From Yuukianura sp. NJ FZ-2021 (lineage: Eukaryota), in the NCBI GenBank assembly GCA_046563655.1, contig CM102286.1, positions 10,292,001-10,356,000 of the forward strand: a stretch of DNA of 64,000 nucleotides, in the 5' to 3' direction. The notes below the pieces were generated by a model. That model saw only the letters and a program-made list of their open reading frames with translations, made no database searches and had not been told where the DNA came from. Both the position numbers and the translations under genes were made by a program. How positions within the stretch are numbered: position 1 is the stretch's first letter; every line of letters begins with the position of its first letter. Below, in pieces: positions 13,377 to 25,257 of the stretch.

Positions 13377-14383
13377 TTAATCCTTAGCATTATAGGCAAG
13401 ATGCTCTTGATTCATGGGATTCTCTGGAGACTTTTGCCATTCCGTAAATAACATTTTCTTTAACTGTGTTAATCTCAGCGATGGATTGTCTAACTTCAGT
13501 TGCGGGAGATGAGTTTCCTCGTAAGCAGAGTAGGCAGCCCGTTGCCTCCGTTCAGGATGACGATCTGTTGAGGGCAGTTGACCGTTTTCTTCCATGCTAA
13601 ACATTTGTAAAGCCTCGTCGACGGTTTTTACTTCATCTGGTTGTGACAGTCGGTTCAAGTTTTCGTGAAGAGGTGCTGCTTTTACTCCACCGCTGGAAGT
13701 AGATGCTGCAGCTCTTCTAGCAGCCGCTTCTCGTTTTTCACGTTCCATCTAGAACAGTTTTGAATACAAACATCACGGTTCTCGTGTCAAGCTGCACTGG
13801 CGAGTATATTCCGATACTATAACGTAATCATAATGAAGCCGAAATATTAACACAACAAAATATATGCTTAAAAATTTACAGCAATTTGGGCTTGAGTGAC
13901 TTTAGCGGCGGATTGAGATTTGCCTGAAGAGGAAGCGAGGTTGGCCAGTTCTTCGTCAGCCAGCAATTTGTTGGCGGTCTTTCGATTGACGGTTTCCAGT
14001 CGCTTTTTCTCTTTCTCATCCTACGAAAAATAAATCACGTAACCAAAGTGAAGTATCAACTTAAGTAGTAAAAAAAAGAGTAAAGACCACGAAAAGAGTA
14101 TTGTGCTTTAGAAAGTAATTAATCAAAATCAACTAACGCTTTCCAATTGCAACGCCACTAGAGATTTTCAATAGTAATTTTATAAACTTCAAGACCTGCT
14201 AACGTATTAAAACAGGGCAACGCCATCCCTTACCTTACGATTCTGCTTTTTTGCTACAAGCTTGTCATTATCTTCCCAGCTTGCATCTTCAGCGGCTTTC
14301 TGCTTTCGCTCCGCTTCAGCCTTTTGCGCATTGCTCTTCCTAGCTCTGGCTTCTACTGCCTTTGAGTTCTCCCCTCGCGGCAT
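13377..14383 (-). CDS. CCDC124: Coiled-coil domain-containing protein 124 (Lso2 homolog), 3 exons, 220 aa
   Basis: Exons 14383-14234, 14020-13880 and 13748-13377 join in phase 0: MPRGENSKAVEARARK..W.DNDK..KVTQAQI..DRHPERRQRAAY..LRLTQLK..WQKSPENPMNQ. Confidence 0.93.
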
Positions 14384-14561
14384 TCTTTATGCTAAGAGCT
14401 TAACTTGTGTTAATGAATTGATTGGTCGCAGGGCACAAAAAAACCTAGACCTAGTTCGTGATTGCTTTGCCTTTGAGCAGTTGTGTTCCTTGGAGTTTTC
14501 ACGGAACGTTGTGTGCCGACCCAAATTGCTCTATGGAGTAAACAAAACAGACTCTGAATTA

Positions 14562-14709
14562 GGGTAAAGTAAGGCAGATGGTGCCAATGCTGTTTTGCCA
14601 TGTTAAATGCGGCAAGTTAGATAACAGTTTGGCGTACTTTTTAAACCTAACCTATCCTAAACAATGTAAATAACACTAATGGCATTGGCACCATCAACCT
14701 TACTCACCC
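14562..14709. mobile_element. 148-bp MITE just upstream of CCDC124
   Basis: ~29-bp imperfect TIRs (GGGTAAAGTAAGGCAGATGGTGCCAATGC / GCATTGGCACCATCAACCTTACTCACCC), flanking direct repeat (C)TGAATTA, internal AACCTAACCT. Confidence 0.7.
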
Positions 14710-15520
14710 TGAATTACGAATAGGCCAATGAAGAAATACAATAATGGGAAATAGAAAATAGAAATAGTAACTAACAAGGCGGGTTAATTATAACCCATAC
14801 GTTAGAATGGAACTGCTAAGCAACAACGTCGGTTGTTTGTTGCTTAGCTCGAGATTCGTGACTACGTCAAGACTCTTGTAAAATCCTGCTGATACCAGCG
14901 GCCCCTCGGTCGAAGAAATGAATACACGGCTGAATACACGTCGTTGTCGTTTGTTGACGTTCTCCTCCTCTGAAAATCGAAAAGTGAAGACAGCAAGAGC
15001 ACAGCAGAGAAACAGCTGAAACATGGTGTTTATCTTACCGATCGATCCTTGGGTGCCAGAAGTCATCCCCATCCCCAAAAACCTGAAGTTAGCCCCAACC
15101 CCAAAATCGTGAAGTTAGCCCCAAAAAACTGTTCTAGCCCCAAAAAACTGTTCCATCCGCAAAAAATTGTTCCAGCCCCAAAAAATTGTTCCAGCCCCAA
15201 AAATTTTTTCTATCCCCAAATATTTTTTCTAGCCCCAAAAAACTGTTCTATCCCCAAAAAATTGTTCTAGCCCCAAAAAAACATTCCAGCCCCAAAAAAC
15301 TGTTCTAGCCCCAAAAAACTGTACTAGCCCCAAAAAACTGTTCCATCCGCAAAAAATTGTTCCAGCCCCAAAAAATTGTTCCAGCCCCAAAAAAACATTC
15401 CAGCCCCAAAAAACTGTTCTATCCCCAAAAAATTGTTCTATCCCCACAAAACTGTTCTAACCCCAAAAAATTTTTCTATCCCCAAAAAACTGTTCTAGCC
15501 CCAAAAAATTGTTCCATCCC

Positions 15521-15774
15521 CAGCCCCCTGCGTTCAGCCCCCTTAGCAACCAACGCCAGCGTTTGTTTGTGACGTCACTCGTTGAAAAATACCGGTATTC
15601 GGGGAATAATGATGGTATCCTATAGAAACCCATTTACCGTTTGATGTTTAGATACGCGCCTCGGATAATATGCTGACGATTACGGTATTTTTCAACAAGT
15701 GACGTCATAAAAAAATGCCGTGGTAACCTAATAAAGTTTCTGTTCGCACTACCTGTAGTATTTTATTTACCTTG
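15521..15774. mobile_element. 254-bp element nested in the Foldback left arm (same family as 13026-13296)
   Basis: 9-bp TSD TTCCATCCC (15512-15520, 15775-15783); starts CAG, ends TATTTACCTTG; internal inverted repeat TGACGTCACTCGTTGAAAAATACCG / CGGTATTTTTCAACAAGTGACGTCA. Confidence 0.75.
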
Positions 15775-15986
15775 TTCCATCCCCAAAAAACTGTTCTATC
15801 CCCAAAAAATTGTTCTAGCCCCAAAAAAACATTCCAGCCCCAAAAAACTGTTCTAGCCCCAAAAACCTGAAGTTAGCCCCAAAAAAACTTTCCAGCCCCA
15901 AAAAATTGTTCTATCCCCAAAAAATAGTTCTTGCCCAAAAAATTGTTTTAGCCCAAAAAAACTGTTCTATCCCCATAAAATTGTTC

Positions 15987-16180
15987 TAGGGTTGTTGCAA
16001 AAATCAATTCATCCGGTTCCAGTTTCGTTTCCTCAAGGAAACAGTTCCATCGTACCATGGAGCTGGATACGAAACGGAACCGGAACCGAAACTTTGTTCC
16101 GAAAAATAAGGAAACGGAGACGAAACGACACCGGATATAAGTTCCCTTCCGTTTCTGGCACCGGAACTTGAACAGCCCTC
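15987..16180. mobile_element. Possible hAT-like MITE with GTTCC/GGAAC subterminal repeats
   Basis: TAGGGTTGTT ... AACAGCCCT ends; orientation of short repeats switches in the middle; no TSD found. Confidence 0.35.
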
Positions 16181-16275
16181 TTCAAATCATCCGATACTTT
16201 CGAACACGCCATGTTGTAAACACATTAGGCGTTTAGTTTATGCGTAACTGTGTATTGATTTATGCTGTCTGTCAG

Positions 16276-16558
16276 GTACGACAGATGACTTAGTCAACTT
16301 AACAAGGACTATAGAAAGCCTACAAACACGGCTGACTGCAGCGAGAAGTATGGCGATTGTGAGTAAGGTTAAATAGTTGGAAATAATCAAGTATTGTTCA
16401 TGTTAACAGATCTTTCAATCGAACGAGGCATGCGCCTAAACAAAGAGAGGAAGTTAAGGAGAAAACTTCAAAGACGTTACGCCAACGACAGACATACTTT
16501 CCTGACGACGATCAATGCCATCTTCCAAGTAGCGCTAGAGTTAAATTCAGAACAGTAA
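16276..16558 (+). pseudogene. Two-exon 3' gene fragment inside the Foldback spacer
   Basis: Exons 16276-16362 and 16410-16558 join in phase 1 (TTDDLVNLTRTIESLQTRLTAARSMAIVNLSIERGMRLNKERKLRRKLQRRY..SEQ*), followed by several AATAAA at ~16582-16626. No upstream start was found. Confidence 0.45.
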
Positions 16559-18759
16559 AAATATTGTCCAAACTTGAACTGAATAAATCGAACTGAATAA
16601 ATTGAATAAATCTTGTGTTAAATAAATCCGCTTCACGCGTGCAGTTAGGCCTAATTTAAAACGTTTTTGTTGATATGCTTAAGGGTCACGTTCTCAAGGC
16701 AGAGTTGAATACTTTAAAGGGTAAACAGAAATTGCCTGCATTTTCGTGAATGATGTTCTATTTCACTCACGATGCATCCAAATATGGATCTGTTGTGGAA
16801 ATACAACTGTTTCATCAAGTGTGGGGGCAGAACACTTTTTTGGGGCTAGAACAATTTTTTGGGGATAGAACAGTTTTTTGGGGCTAGAACAATTTTTTGG
16901 GGCTAGAACAATTTTTTGGGGCTGGAAAGTTTTTTTGGGGCTAACTTCAGGTTTTTGGGGCTAGAACAGTTTTTTGGGGCTGGAATGTTTTTTTGGGGCT
17001 AGAACAATTTTTTGGGGATAGAACAGTTTTTTGGAGCTAGAACAGTTTTTTGGGGATACAACACTTTTTTGGGGCTAGAACAATTTTTTGGGGATAGAGC
17101 AATTTTTTAGGGATAGAACAAATTTTTGGGAATAGAGCAATTTTTTGGGGATAGAACAAATTTTTGGGGCTAGAACAATTTTTTGGGGCTAGAACAATTT
17201 TTTGGGGATAGAACATTTTTTTGGGGATAGAACAAATTTTTGGGGCTAGAACAATTTTTTGGGGCTAGAACAATTTTTTGGGGATAGAACATTTTTTTGG
17301 GGATAGAAAAATTTTTTGGGGCTGGAAAGTTTTTTTGGGGCTAACTTCAGGTTTTTAGGGCTAGAACAGTTTTTTGGGGCTGGAATGTTTTTTTGGGGCT
17401 AGAACAATTTTTTGGGGATATAACAGTTTTTTGGGGATACAACACTTTTTTGGGGCTAGAACAATTTTTTGGGGATAGAACAGTTTTTTGGAGCTGGAAC
17501 AGTTTTTTGGGGATACAACACTTTTTTGGGGCTAGAACAATTTTTTGGGGTTAGAGCAATTTTTTGGAGATAGAACAAATTTTTGGGAATAGAGCAATTT
17601 TTTGGGGATAGAACAAATTTTTGGGGCTAGAACAATTTTTTGGAGTCTAGAACAATTTTTTGGGGATAGAACATTTTTTTGGGGATAGAAAAATTTTTTG
17701 GGGCTGGAAAGTTTTTTTGGGGCTAACTTCAGGTTTTTGGGGCTAGAACAGTTTTTTGGGGCTGGAATGTTTTTTTGGGGCTATAACAATTTTTTGGGGA
17801 TATAACAGTTTTTTGGGGATACAACACTTTTTTGGGGCTAGAACAATTTTTTGGGGATAGAACAGTTTTTTGGGGATAGAACAATTTTTTGGGGATAGAA
17901 CAGTTTTTTGGGGATAGAACAATTTTTTGGGGATAGAACAGTTTTTTGGGGCTAGAAAAAGTTTTTTGGGGATACAACACTTTTTTGGGGGTAGAACAAT
18001 ATATTTTTGGGGCTGAAGTTTAACTTTAGGCTGTTTTGGGGATTTTTGGGGTTGGGGCTAACTTCAAGTTTTTGGGGATGGGGCTAACTTCAGGTTTTTG
18101 GGGTTGGGGCTAACTTCTTGCTCCCTCGATCCTTCGATAAAGTGAAAGGCAAGAGTAATGCGATGTAGTTATTTTCCGATTTAGTTACAATCCGATTTAG
18201 AAACAATTTAGTTAACTAACAACTCCGGTAATTATTTTACAGCGTGTTTAATTAATTACTTATCTACTTAAACACAATTGAAAACAGCTGAGAAGGACGA
18301 AGGGTCCTAGGAATACTCGGAATCTTCTGACTCTTGCTGACTCCTTTACATACTACTTGGGGTTCCTTTAATCCGCTGAATTCTCTGAAACTTATGTTTC
18401 ACGGTCGCAATGAAGTCTCGGAGATCACGGCATATGCGGACGCGGAGATTAAGAATAATTTAATTGTAGAGAATACGCAGTAAGAACCTCTCATCTCATT
18501 GGGAAACTTTTAGCTCCGCCTCTCCCGACGTCTGGATACCGTAAACCTTCATTTTTTTTGGAAGAATTTCACTTGAAAGCAAAACGATTTACGTCGTGGA
18601 ATATCTCCGAAACCTATATTCAAACCAACCTATCAGAGAATTTTACCCAATAAGCGGCTGGATTGTTCTAGATAAAGATTACACCAACACCACGAACAAT
18701 ATTTACTGCTCTTATTTCAACTCGCGTGTAAATTGAGTGTAAATCAGGCAGATGGTAAA

Positions 18760-20410
18760 TTACATGCACTTCCCACCATCAACTTCAATTTTACTCGTTT
18801 CGCCAGAGTCGGATTGAGGTTGCGACATAGGATTGGGCAATAGGGTAGCATCAGACTTAGCTTCCTGCTTTTCCGCGGGCGCATCTTCAGCCGGTGGCGG
18901 AGCAGCGACCGCTGCCCCACCCGCGCTTCCACCACTATTTATACATCCAGCCATATCATCCACCCCTTTGCTCTCAGCAGTGGAGTAGTACGCATTTAAC
19001 ATTGGAGGATTGAGTAAATTGACGAGCACACTCCCACGGTTTTCCTTCCCATTCCCATGATGTTTCAGAGCATCTCCTGGAGGACCAATGGACCAAATCA
19101 CGTACTGCGGCTTGTTCTAATAAGTAACACGCAAATCCAATTTCTAATTTCCTCGACTACAAGACGCACTCGTGTATAAGACGCACCAAAAAAATCTCAA
19201 AATACATCAATAATAGCGCGAAATTCTACACTTTAAAGTTGACAACTCAGATTTCACGCCTGGTTTCCTAACTTTGCGGTCAATTTAATTTCTACATCAG
19301 TATAACTTTTAAGTTTTTCACGATGGATGTGACACCAAAGGTCACTCGCAAATGATACACTGCAGAATTTAAGCTTGTTCTCTGTCGGGGAGCCGAAGCA
19401 GCGGGCAATCGTACTGCTGCTCGTGAATTCTCCATCAGTGAGTGCAGCTGCAGCATTCGCCTGCTGTTGAGGAAATTTTTTGTCATTACAAAACTATGAA
19501 CCAATTTCTAGCACTTTATTTGGGATTTTATTTTTATTTAGACTCCATGCAAAGGCGTTGGCACAAATCAAATGGATACCGAATTTTTTTCTACCGACGA
19601 GTGGTACAGAAACTTTATGAAAAGAAACAATTTATCGCGCTTATGTGGCTGAAAAGAGATGTTTAGGTTTAATCTCCCCAAAAACATGTTCAATATGGAG
19701 TAAGTTCCGAGTCAATTTGATTTGCCAGGCACCAGAAACAGGTCAATGATGTTGGATTTGTTGCATTGACAATAGATTAAAATCGTGTCTAGTAGACTTT
19801 AGCACATTTGCCGACATTCCTACAAATTTTCAACACAAATCTTTCGTTTTCAGCGGAAAAATTATTTTGCTTTTCAAAATTTTTTTTAGATAAGACGCGT
19901 CTTGTAGTCGAGGAAATACGTAATTTGTTCCACTTTTTGCCGTTTTATTCTGAAATTTTTTAGTCCACCTTAATCACCTACCATTATTCGAATGTCATCT
20001 TTGCAGTCTCTGGTAAGGAGAGCTCGTCGAAAATGGACTTCAGTGTGCATGTCGGTCTGTCGCAGAAACAGCAGCATCTAATTGCTCATGGCGTCCTTCT
20101 CTCCTGCACCGTGAGCGTCCCTCGAGTCCACAAAATAACTCAAATTACGAAATAACGTTGCAAAATCTTGTACACTCAAAAATGCGACTTACAACGACAT
20201 TCACAGTTCCATTTTCATACATCCCTGAAACAAAGAGGTCATTCCTCCTCTAATATCATCATAACCCTCCATTGTTCCTTTGGGCGACAAACCGAACCCA
20301 ACATAGCCAGTTCCTCTGGCTATCGCTCGAAATGTCACAAATGGATCAAACACTTCCCAAAACAAGGTGTACAGGTCCCTGTGGATTGTGAACCCACCCC
20401 TAACATATTG
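18760..20410 (-). pseudogene. DOMON-domain pseudogene (MOXD1/DBH-like N-terminal domain)
   Basis: Collinear segments LYTLFWEVFDPFVTFRAIARGTGYVGFGLSPKGTMEGYD (~20390-20260), FVDSRDAHGAGEKDAMSN*MLL..HTEVHFRRALLTRDCKDD (~20135-19983, in-frame TAG) and NKPQYVIWSIGP..HHGNGKENRGSVLVNLL (from 19116). Confidence 0.7.
19144..19920 (+). mobile_element. Degenerate pogo-family (Tc1/mariner superfamily) DNA transposon in the DOMON pseudogene intron
   Basis: TIRs TTTCCTCGACTACAAGACGC / GCGTCTTGTAGTCGAGGAAATACG-TA. Broken transposase remnants: Brinker-type DBD (YTAEFKL..GNRTAAREF), CENP-B HTH (WYRNFMKRNNLS) and DDE start (FNME*VP..FDLP). Confidence 0.8.
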
Positions 20411-20871
20411 CGCTTCTCACACGGTGACATGACATCCAGACACAGAATTGTGCACGCCACCGCTTTCAAGAGGTTCAAATATGCGATGCTCGCTCATTGT
20501 ACAGATTTTCGGTGACCAATGAAGATGTGTAGCAGTTTCAAAATGTTTCAAAAATTTGGATGCCTTATTTCTGATTTGGACTTTGACCCGCTTCTGCTGA
20601 GATTGAAACTTGTTGTGGCTCGATATAATGGCAGATTGGTGTGATTTAAAATAGAGTTTGAAAAATTCCATTTTTTCTGTCGTTTTTTTTATTAAATGCT
20701 GAGTGATTGAAGGTCGACAGCCAAGCAAAACAAAAGCCCAAACGCCCCATGCGTAATTAAAGGCGTGTTAGGATACCTTTTGTTCCCTTGGCATGACTTG
20801 CTAAATTAACACTTTAACCTTCACTTTCTGTCACACAACGGGATTGTTTGTTATATAAAGTAGATCACTTA

Positions 20872-22356
20872 TGCCCGGTTCGTCCATTGCAGGTTAAATT
20901 TAAACTGAGTTTAAACGGGAATTTAAACTCCAGTTAAGTTTTTTGGGTTCAGCCAACGCCGGTTAAAAGTTAAACTCCGTTTAACTTCCTTAAACGGAGT
21001 TTAAATTTAACCGGCCGAATTTCCTCGGTTAGTGAGTTAACCGGAGTTTAACCAGAGTAAAAAAGACAAAAAAAGAGTGAAACTGAAAACAACTTCAGTA
21101 TCTTATCTTCAATATATTCAGTTTTACAATACACAAAACACGTATGGTGAGAACTTAATCAATAATTTATTAATTTGTGAATAATAACTTCCAGTACAAG
21201 TTATAATTAACGTTCTGCACTACAATTAGGCACTAAAAATTTCGAAAAATGAGAAATTTTGAAAAATTTTCAAAGATGACAATTTGGAAATTGGGTCTCA
21301 CGAATGAGCCCAATGAGTTCTATTGTAATGGTTTGTCCCACGACGTCCCAGCTAACTTGAAGGTCACCATGAAGCTGTTCACAATTCTGCAGAGGATACT
21401 CGTAGCGCTGGAAATTCAAGTCATTTGAAAAACTTTGTGATTTGAACAAGTTTAAAAAAGTTTTTTAAAAAACGACAGGTTTTTCCAATATTTTCTCACC
21501 TCAACCTTGTCTAGATTTGGTGGAACGTTGCGTTCTGGTGGAATGGTGGTTGACGGGATTCTGGCATCGGAGCAGCTGACGCTTGACTAAAATCAAATCA
21601 ATTAGTTAAAATTTGATTAGTCGTTTCTAATTACTCTTAAAAAATAGGAAATAAGTCACCTATGCCGTAGTAAATGTCCAACTGCTTAACAGTTTCGTCG
21701 TAATCCAGAAGATTGAATCCTCCTTTATCAAAGGCATGGAGTTTAGCGTTAGGAGTGGTGTAGCGAAGGTGGTCCAGATCTCCGATTAAACTGTTTTTAC
21801 GGGAGAAACTGTCCAGGTCATTCGGGTCACAAATGGATTCAACTGCGGAAGCTGCCATGTCTGGACGATATCCACACCACATCAATCCGACATGACGAAC
21901 GTTATATCTGAAGAGCAAAGGTCACGACACTACGCAACACTAGATTAATCATAATCTAATAATCTCTTTCGTTTTTGTGACTGCATTAATAGTTAATCAA
22001 CAATAGAAACTAATCGAAACAAGAATATAACTGACAATAGTGTAAATTCAGTGGAGACAACAAACAAAAACTCAATCTGTTCAATTTGGAAGTTCCAAAT
22101 TGACTTTGAAATTTGTAAACAAACAGTTCAATTTTCGCGGTGCTCGTGTTTCAGCCAATCAGTACACTTGCACAATTGGATTTGTGCAATGTTGCCAGCT
22201 ACTCTCGAGTTAACCGGAGTTTAACTAAACGGAGTTTAACTTTTCCAAAAGTTGGTTGGCTGAACCAACAAAAGTTAACCGTCGGTTAAAAAACTAAACT
22301 GAGTTTAACTAAACTCAGTTTAGTGCAATTTTAACCTGCAATGGACGAACTGGGCA
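20872..22356. mobile_element. PIF/Harbinger-type non-autonomous element enclosing gene exons
   Basis: TIRs TGCCCGGTTCGTCCATTGCAGGTTAAA / TTTAACCTGCAATGGACGAACTGGGCA, TTA on both flanks and GAGTTTAAC-type subterminal repeats. A second copy starts at 63898. Confidence 0.8.
21302..21907 (-). pseudogene. Three-exon knickkopf/Skeletor-family (DM13-DOMON) fragment
   Basis: GT-AG bounded exons 21907-21660, 21586-21500 and 21407-21302. ..NVPPNLDKVE|RYEYPLQNCEQLHGDLQVSWDVVGQTITIELIGLI resembles the DM13-DOMON junction. The phase between exons 1 and 2 is inconsistent. Confidence 0.6.
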
Positions 22357-22808
22357 TTAATGTGTGACCCAGATTGTTAGGTTGTTTATTTGTTTTAAAA
22401 ACGTCAAGAAAAAATGTCATCATTCATGCAATGTGATCCACCGAGGACGAATGAAGGAGTTTATGTCAGTTATACAAAACTATTTCATCTTGAGTTACGT
22501 ATGTATTTCAGATACCGATTGTACCCCGATTGTAATTGTAAACCATGGATAAATATTGAATGGCGTCGAAATTCAAATATTGTTTACCCACTTTTCTCTT
22601 CCTCTCACTCTTCTCATTTAAAACACATGTGAGGCTTTCTTTTCCCCTCAGTTGGGTAGACAAATAATACGAACCCACCCTGTAGCACCGCTGAGTAAAA
22701 TCTGTGCTAAAATCTTCGCTAATTATTACCTAATGCAATTAATGTAACGGGAGTATACAGGTTAGTTCACAAACAGTAGAGAACTTCGTTTGTGGAATTT
22801 TCCAAAAA

Positions 22809-23748
22809 ACAAGGTAGGGCGATGCTCAAGGGTTGAGCATAGGTCTTCTGGAGGTAGTTGACAATTGATACGACATTTAGACCGGCCTACCGCAAAACTG
22901 TGAACGAACTGAGAAGCCCTTTTCATGGAATTGAAGCTCTAAAACGTAACTGAAAATTTTTAGTGCGAACGTTAGATCCTACTTTGTGCATGAGTTGCAC
23001 CAAAATTGTTTTGGCAATTTTACCGCTTAAATGAACCAAAATCATGTTGAAGTTTTTAGGCCGAAAATATATGCACTGTATTGATGTTGCTAATTTGTTG
23101 TGCACAAAATGCACAAAATTGAACGTTTAGGAGAAGGCGTCGAATATCGTTCTTGATTGATGTTCTTAATTTGTTGAAGAAGATGCACATAATGTATTTT
23201 CGATGTTGTCATGACAATGCCATGCAACAATGCAGTGATTTTCGCGAGATGATAAAGAACCACTTGAAAACATGTTTAACAAAATGTTACAAAACCGTTT
23301 TCATCAAATTGGTGTGCAAATTATAAAAATTTCTTGCAAAGGCAAATTTGAACCCTCTCATTCACTGTTTACATATTATGAATTTAAGAAGGGTTTTCTA
23401 CCCTCTAACTAGGCTTAATTTAACAACGTAATTAAACTAACTGTCACAAAATGACCAGATCAAAATTTCGTTGTTTAAATAAATTTTGAGTGTAATCGAA
23501 ACCAAAAAATTTCGGCGAGCCACGATACTGCGGATACGTAAAGTAGCCGCCAACTTCTACGTTGTTAATTTAACACTTTGAGTGCAATGTAGACGTAATG
23601 AAAACACTTGAGACATACAGAACCCCCCGACTGCGATGGGGCTGAAGTTTAAGTGGAAAGAGTACTAAAAAACGTTACAGACAGACAGAAAAGTCGTATC
23701 AATAGTCTTCTTCAGCACGTCGTAGACGTGCGTCTCCAGAAGACTAAT
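22809..23748 (-). mobile_element. Helentron-type non-autonomous element (HINE/DINE-1-like), copy 1
   Basis: On the minus strand: 5' AGTCTTCTGGAG subTIR with internal inverted repeat and short GTCT microsatellite; 3' CTCCAGAAGACC subTIR, ATGCTCAACCCTTGAGCAT hairpin and CTTGT into a T-run. Confidence 0.7.
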
Positions 23749-24262
23749 ACATGCACCATGTGTCAAATTAAGTGCATAAGTTATAGCGTCGAATATCACT
23801 TGTTTAAAATCAAAATTATAAAATTTTCTTGCAAAGGCAAACTTGAACCCTGCCAAGCACTGCTTACGTATTACGAATTTAAGCCAGAATTTCTACCCTT
23901 TAACTAGACTTAATTTTACAACGAAATTAAAGTAGCTGTCAGAAAATGACCAGATCAAAAATTCGTTGTTTAAATATATTTTGAGTGCAATCGAAACCAA
24001 AACAGTTTTGCGGAGGCACGATACTGCGGGTACGTAAAGCAGCCATACAACTTTGCCGTTGTTAACGTAAGACTTTGAGTGCAATGTAGACCTACTAAAA
24101 ACACTTGAGCCATAGATAACCCCCCGACTGCGATGGGGCTTATGTTTCAGCGCAAAGGGTACTAAAAAACGTTACGGACAGACGGACGGACAGACGGACA
24201 AAGTCGTTTCAATAGTCTTCTTCAGCATGTCGTAGACATGCGTCTCCAGAAGACTAATAAAA
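23749..24262 (-). mobile_element. HINE-like copy 2 (3'-truncated)
   Basis: Direct repeat of ~23310-23748 with the same 5' module and a GACG/GACA microsatellite at 24175-24200. Confidence 0.65.
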
Positions 24263-24296
24263 TGAAACTGTCGCATGTCATGAATCTCAACATACA

Positions 24297-25257
24297 TTTT
24301 AGTCTTCTGGAGACGCACGTCTACGACGTGCTGAAGAAGACTATTGATACGACTTTGTCCGTCCGTTCGCTTTTTTAGCATCTTTTGCAATGAAACATAA
24401 GCCCCATTGCAGTCGGGGGGTTATGTTTGGCTCAAGTATTTTCATTAGTTCTACATTGCACTCAAAGTCTTGCATTAACAACGCACAAAGTTTGCCTCTG
24501 CATCGCGTTACTGTTTCTTCCTCAAAATCTTCCAAGTCCTCAAAATTTTTGCGTTAGGTCTGCATTATACTCAAAATATTTATTAGCACCGAAGTTTTGA
24601 TCTGGTCATTTTCTGGCCGTTAGTTTAATTACGTTGTTAAATTAAGCCAAATCAGAGGGTAGAAATTCCGGCTTAAATTCGTAATACGTAAACAGTGCCT
24701 TGTAGGGTTCAAAGTTCCTTTCTCAACAATTTTGATTATAAACAAGGGATATTCGAGTTTATAACTTATGCACTTAATTTAACACATGGTGCATTTATTT
24801 GAACCGATTTTGATTTTATAGAAGCTATATTCGATGCCTACTCCTCGACGTTCAATTTTGTGCATGTTGCACACTTATTGCACATGAATGTAAAATTGTA
24901 CAGATATTTTGACGCTGGGTAATGGGCGTTGTTATTTCAAAATTTGTGCACACTGGAGAACAATTGTGCACCAAATAATTTGAAGAGAGTCACAACTGTG
25001 CAGAGCTTAATGTTTAAATTTTAATACAAACGGGTTTTTCATTGTTTTTCGCTATTGGACAGCTTGGTGCAACTAATGCACAAAGCAGGACCTCATATCC
25101 GCACTGAAAATTTTGAGCGACGTTTTGTAGCATGAAATGAATGGAAACGGTTTATCGTTTTGTTCCACGGTTTCGCGGCCGGCCGATCTAAGTCGTATCA
25201 ATTGTCAACTTCCTCCAGAAGACCTATGCTCAACCCTTGAGCATCGCCCGACCTTAT
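24297..25257 (+). mobile_element. HINE-like copy 3, head-to-head with copy 2
   Basis: TTTTAGTCTTCTGGAG..GAAGAAGACT..GTCCGTCC 5' module; 3' module at 25165-25257 with subTIR and hairpin, ending in variant CCTTATT. Confidence 0.7.

Larger units (their letters stand above)
15051..18125. mobile_element. Foldback/Mutator-type element with inverted arms built of 19-21 bp tandem repeats
   Basis: 9-bp TSD TCGATCCTT (15042-15050, 18126-18134); matching termini GGGTGCCAGAAGTCATCCCC / GGGAGCAAGAAGTTAGCCCC(rc). Left arm of CCCCAAAAAACTGTTCTAG units to ~15990, right arm of complementary units from ~16823. Confidence 0.85.

Noticed and set aside
15049..17980. ORFs reading PKK/FFG repeats
   Set aside because: Translations of the minisatellite arms.
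16823..18120. Telomeric T4G4-like repeats
   Set aside because: Units are 19-21 bp with intervening sequence and form one arm of a TSD-flanked inverted element.
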